DNA of 63,333 nt, counting the filler, from Diploschistes diacapsis (Eukaryota), in assembly GCA_023645945.1 (NCBI GenBank). It is 13 parts of 13 records of this genome, joined end to end, with 100 filler letters (N's around TTAATTAATTAA, not from the genome) between each part and the next. Parts side by side here need not be neighbours in the genome. Positions count along the whole stretch, not along the records: positions 61,745 to 63,333 come from JALAIB010002847.1; 12 more parts are not named here. One strand, written 5' to 3'. The translations under genes and the position numbers were made by a program. Of this stretch, positions 62,560 through 63,333 are shown piece after piece. Position 1 is the stretch's first letter. The number at the start of each line of letters is the position of its first letter. A model generated the notes under the pieces. The model had not been told where the DNA came from and did not search any database. It saw only the letters and a program-made list of their open reading frames with translations.

Positions 62560-63333
62560 TTTAAATATATTTAAATATATATCTCCGTATATTAGGTAAA
62601 GCTTTTTCTCCATTGTAGGTATGCTTGGGACCTTTGATTTTAAAGTCGTTAAAGAAGGGCTGAACGATATCAAAAAGATCAATAAAAATAATCATTATTA
62701 TTCGTATAAACTACCCTACCGAATTAATACCTTTCTATAATAGAATAATACTTCTCAATAGACCTAAAAGAATTAAAAAGGCCGTAAAATTGCGAAATCT
62801 TTTATAAAGGATGTACTAATCGTATCCTAAAAATATGTTTATTAAAAAACTTACGGCCTATATTACGAAAGATTCTATAAAATCATTCGTGTTAGAGAAT
62901 AAATTGGCGTCCCGACGAGTTATTTTGTTAATATGTATCACCGTATTCATCATTTTATACTTTTTAGGATCAGTTTTGGCCATCAAAAACCATAAATTCC
63001 GGTACGGTCCTTAACAGTATTCTAATATTTCAATATTTATCCTTTCTTGAAACATTTTGATCATCACCGGCTCCAAAGCTTTTGGAATACGAAAAAACTT
63101 TACCTATTAAGTTTCGTGATCGATAGTATCTATTTCCTGAAGCGGCGCAACCTTTAAACGTATGCGTCCCATATAAGAGAAATCTTAGACTAAAACTGCT
63201 TCCCGATTTAATAATACTTTTAATAACAATACTCTTTCTTCCTTAATAAATTATTTACTTATATTCAGGATCTGTTTCCGTTTTTCCGTAAGACGTTCCC
63301 CTTTAGGCATTTATAAAAACTTTAGGATAATAA
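62560..63333 (-). mobile_element. RIP-mutated Ty3/gypsy reverse transcriptase (GPYRNPWFLV-type lineage)
   Basis: ILEYC*GPYRNLWFLMAKTDPKKYKMMNTVIHINKITRRDANLFSNTNDF.ESF....V..LINIFLGYD*. Confidence 0.85.

Overview
Eukaryotic (filamentous ascomycete, Pezizomycotina-type) DNA: short GT-AG introns with CTRAC branch sites, fungal gene families and RIP-mutated repeats. The window is not contiguous. It is 13 contigs joined by an artificial 100-nt spacer (N44-TTAATTAATTAA-N44). Two ~22.3 kb gene-bearing contigs (1-22331 and 27517-49803) carry 11 protein-coding genes and one pseudogene: a DUF4139-type protein (partial), a four-finger C2H2 factor, a small single-TM LPxY protein, the Nup98-Nup96 precursor, an R/E mixed-charge repeat protein, an RfeG-like protein, a Tcd1/Tcd2-type ThiF enzyme, a DUF4336-type protein, a DHA1 MFS transporter, a second C2H2 protein, a Tgl1/Yeh-type lipase (partial) and a CipA/NmrA-like pseudogene. 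The eleven ~1.59 kb AT-rich contigs are nested, heavily RIP-mutated transposon debris: Ty3/gypsy gag, protease, RT and integrase, Ty1/copia gag-protease, and pogo/Fot1 transposase. They include three solo LTRs with exact 5-bp TSDs, a complete 605-bp TRIM-like mini-retrotransposon and an 817-bp foldback pogo-type MITE. The most interesting observations are: a Nup98 intron that looks built for a Nup98-only isoform; the TRIM; a covarying RNA-like structural module shared by two LTR families; RIP-like mutation that spares CpG and fades at insertion junctions; and repeated C-rich to G-rich strand-skew flips at GC peaks. Family names come from motif recognition by eye, not database searches.
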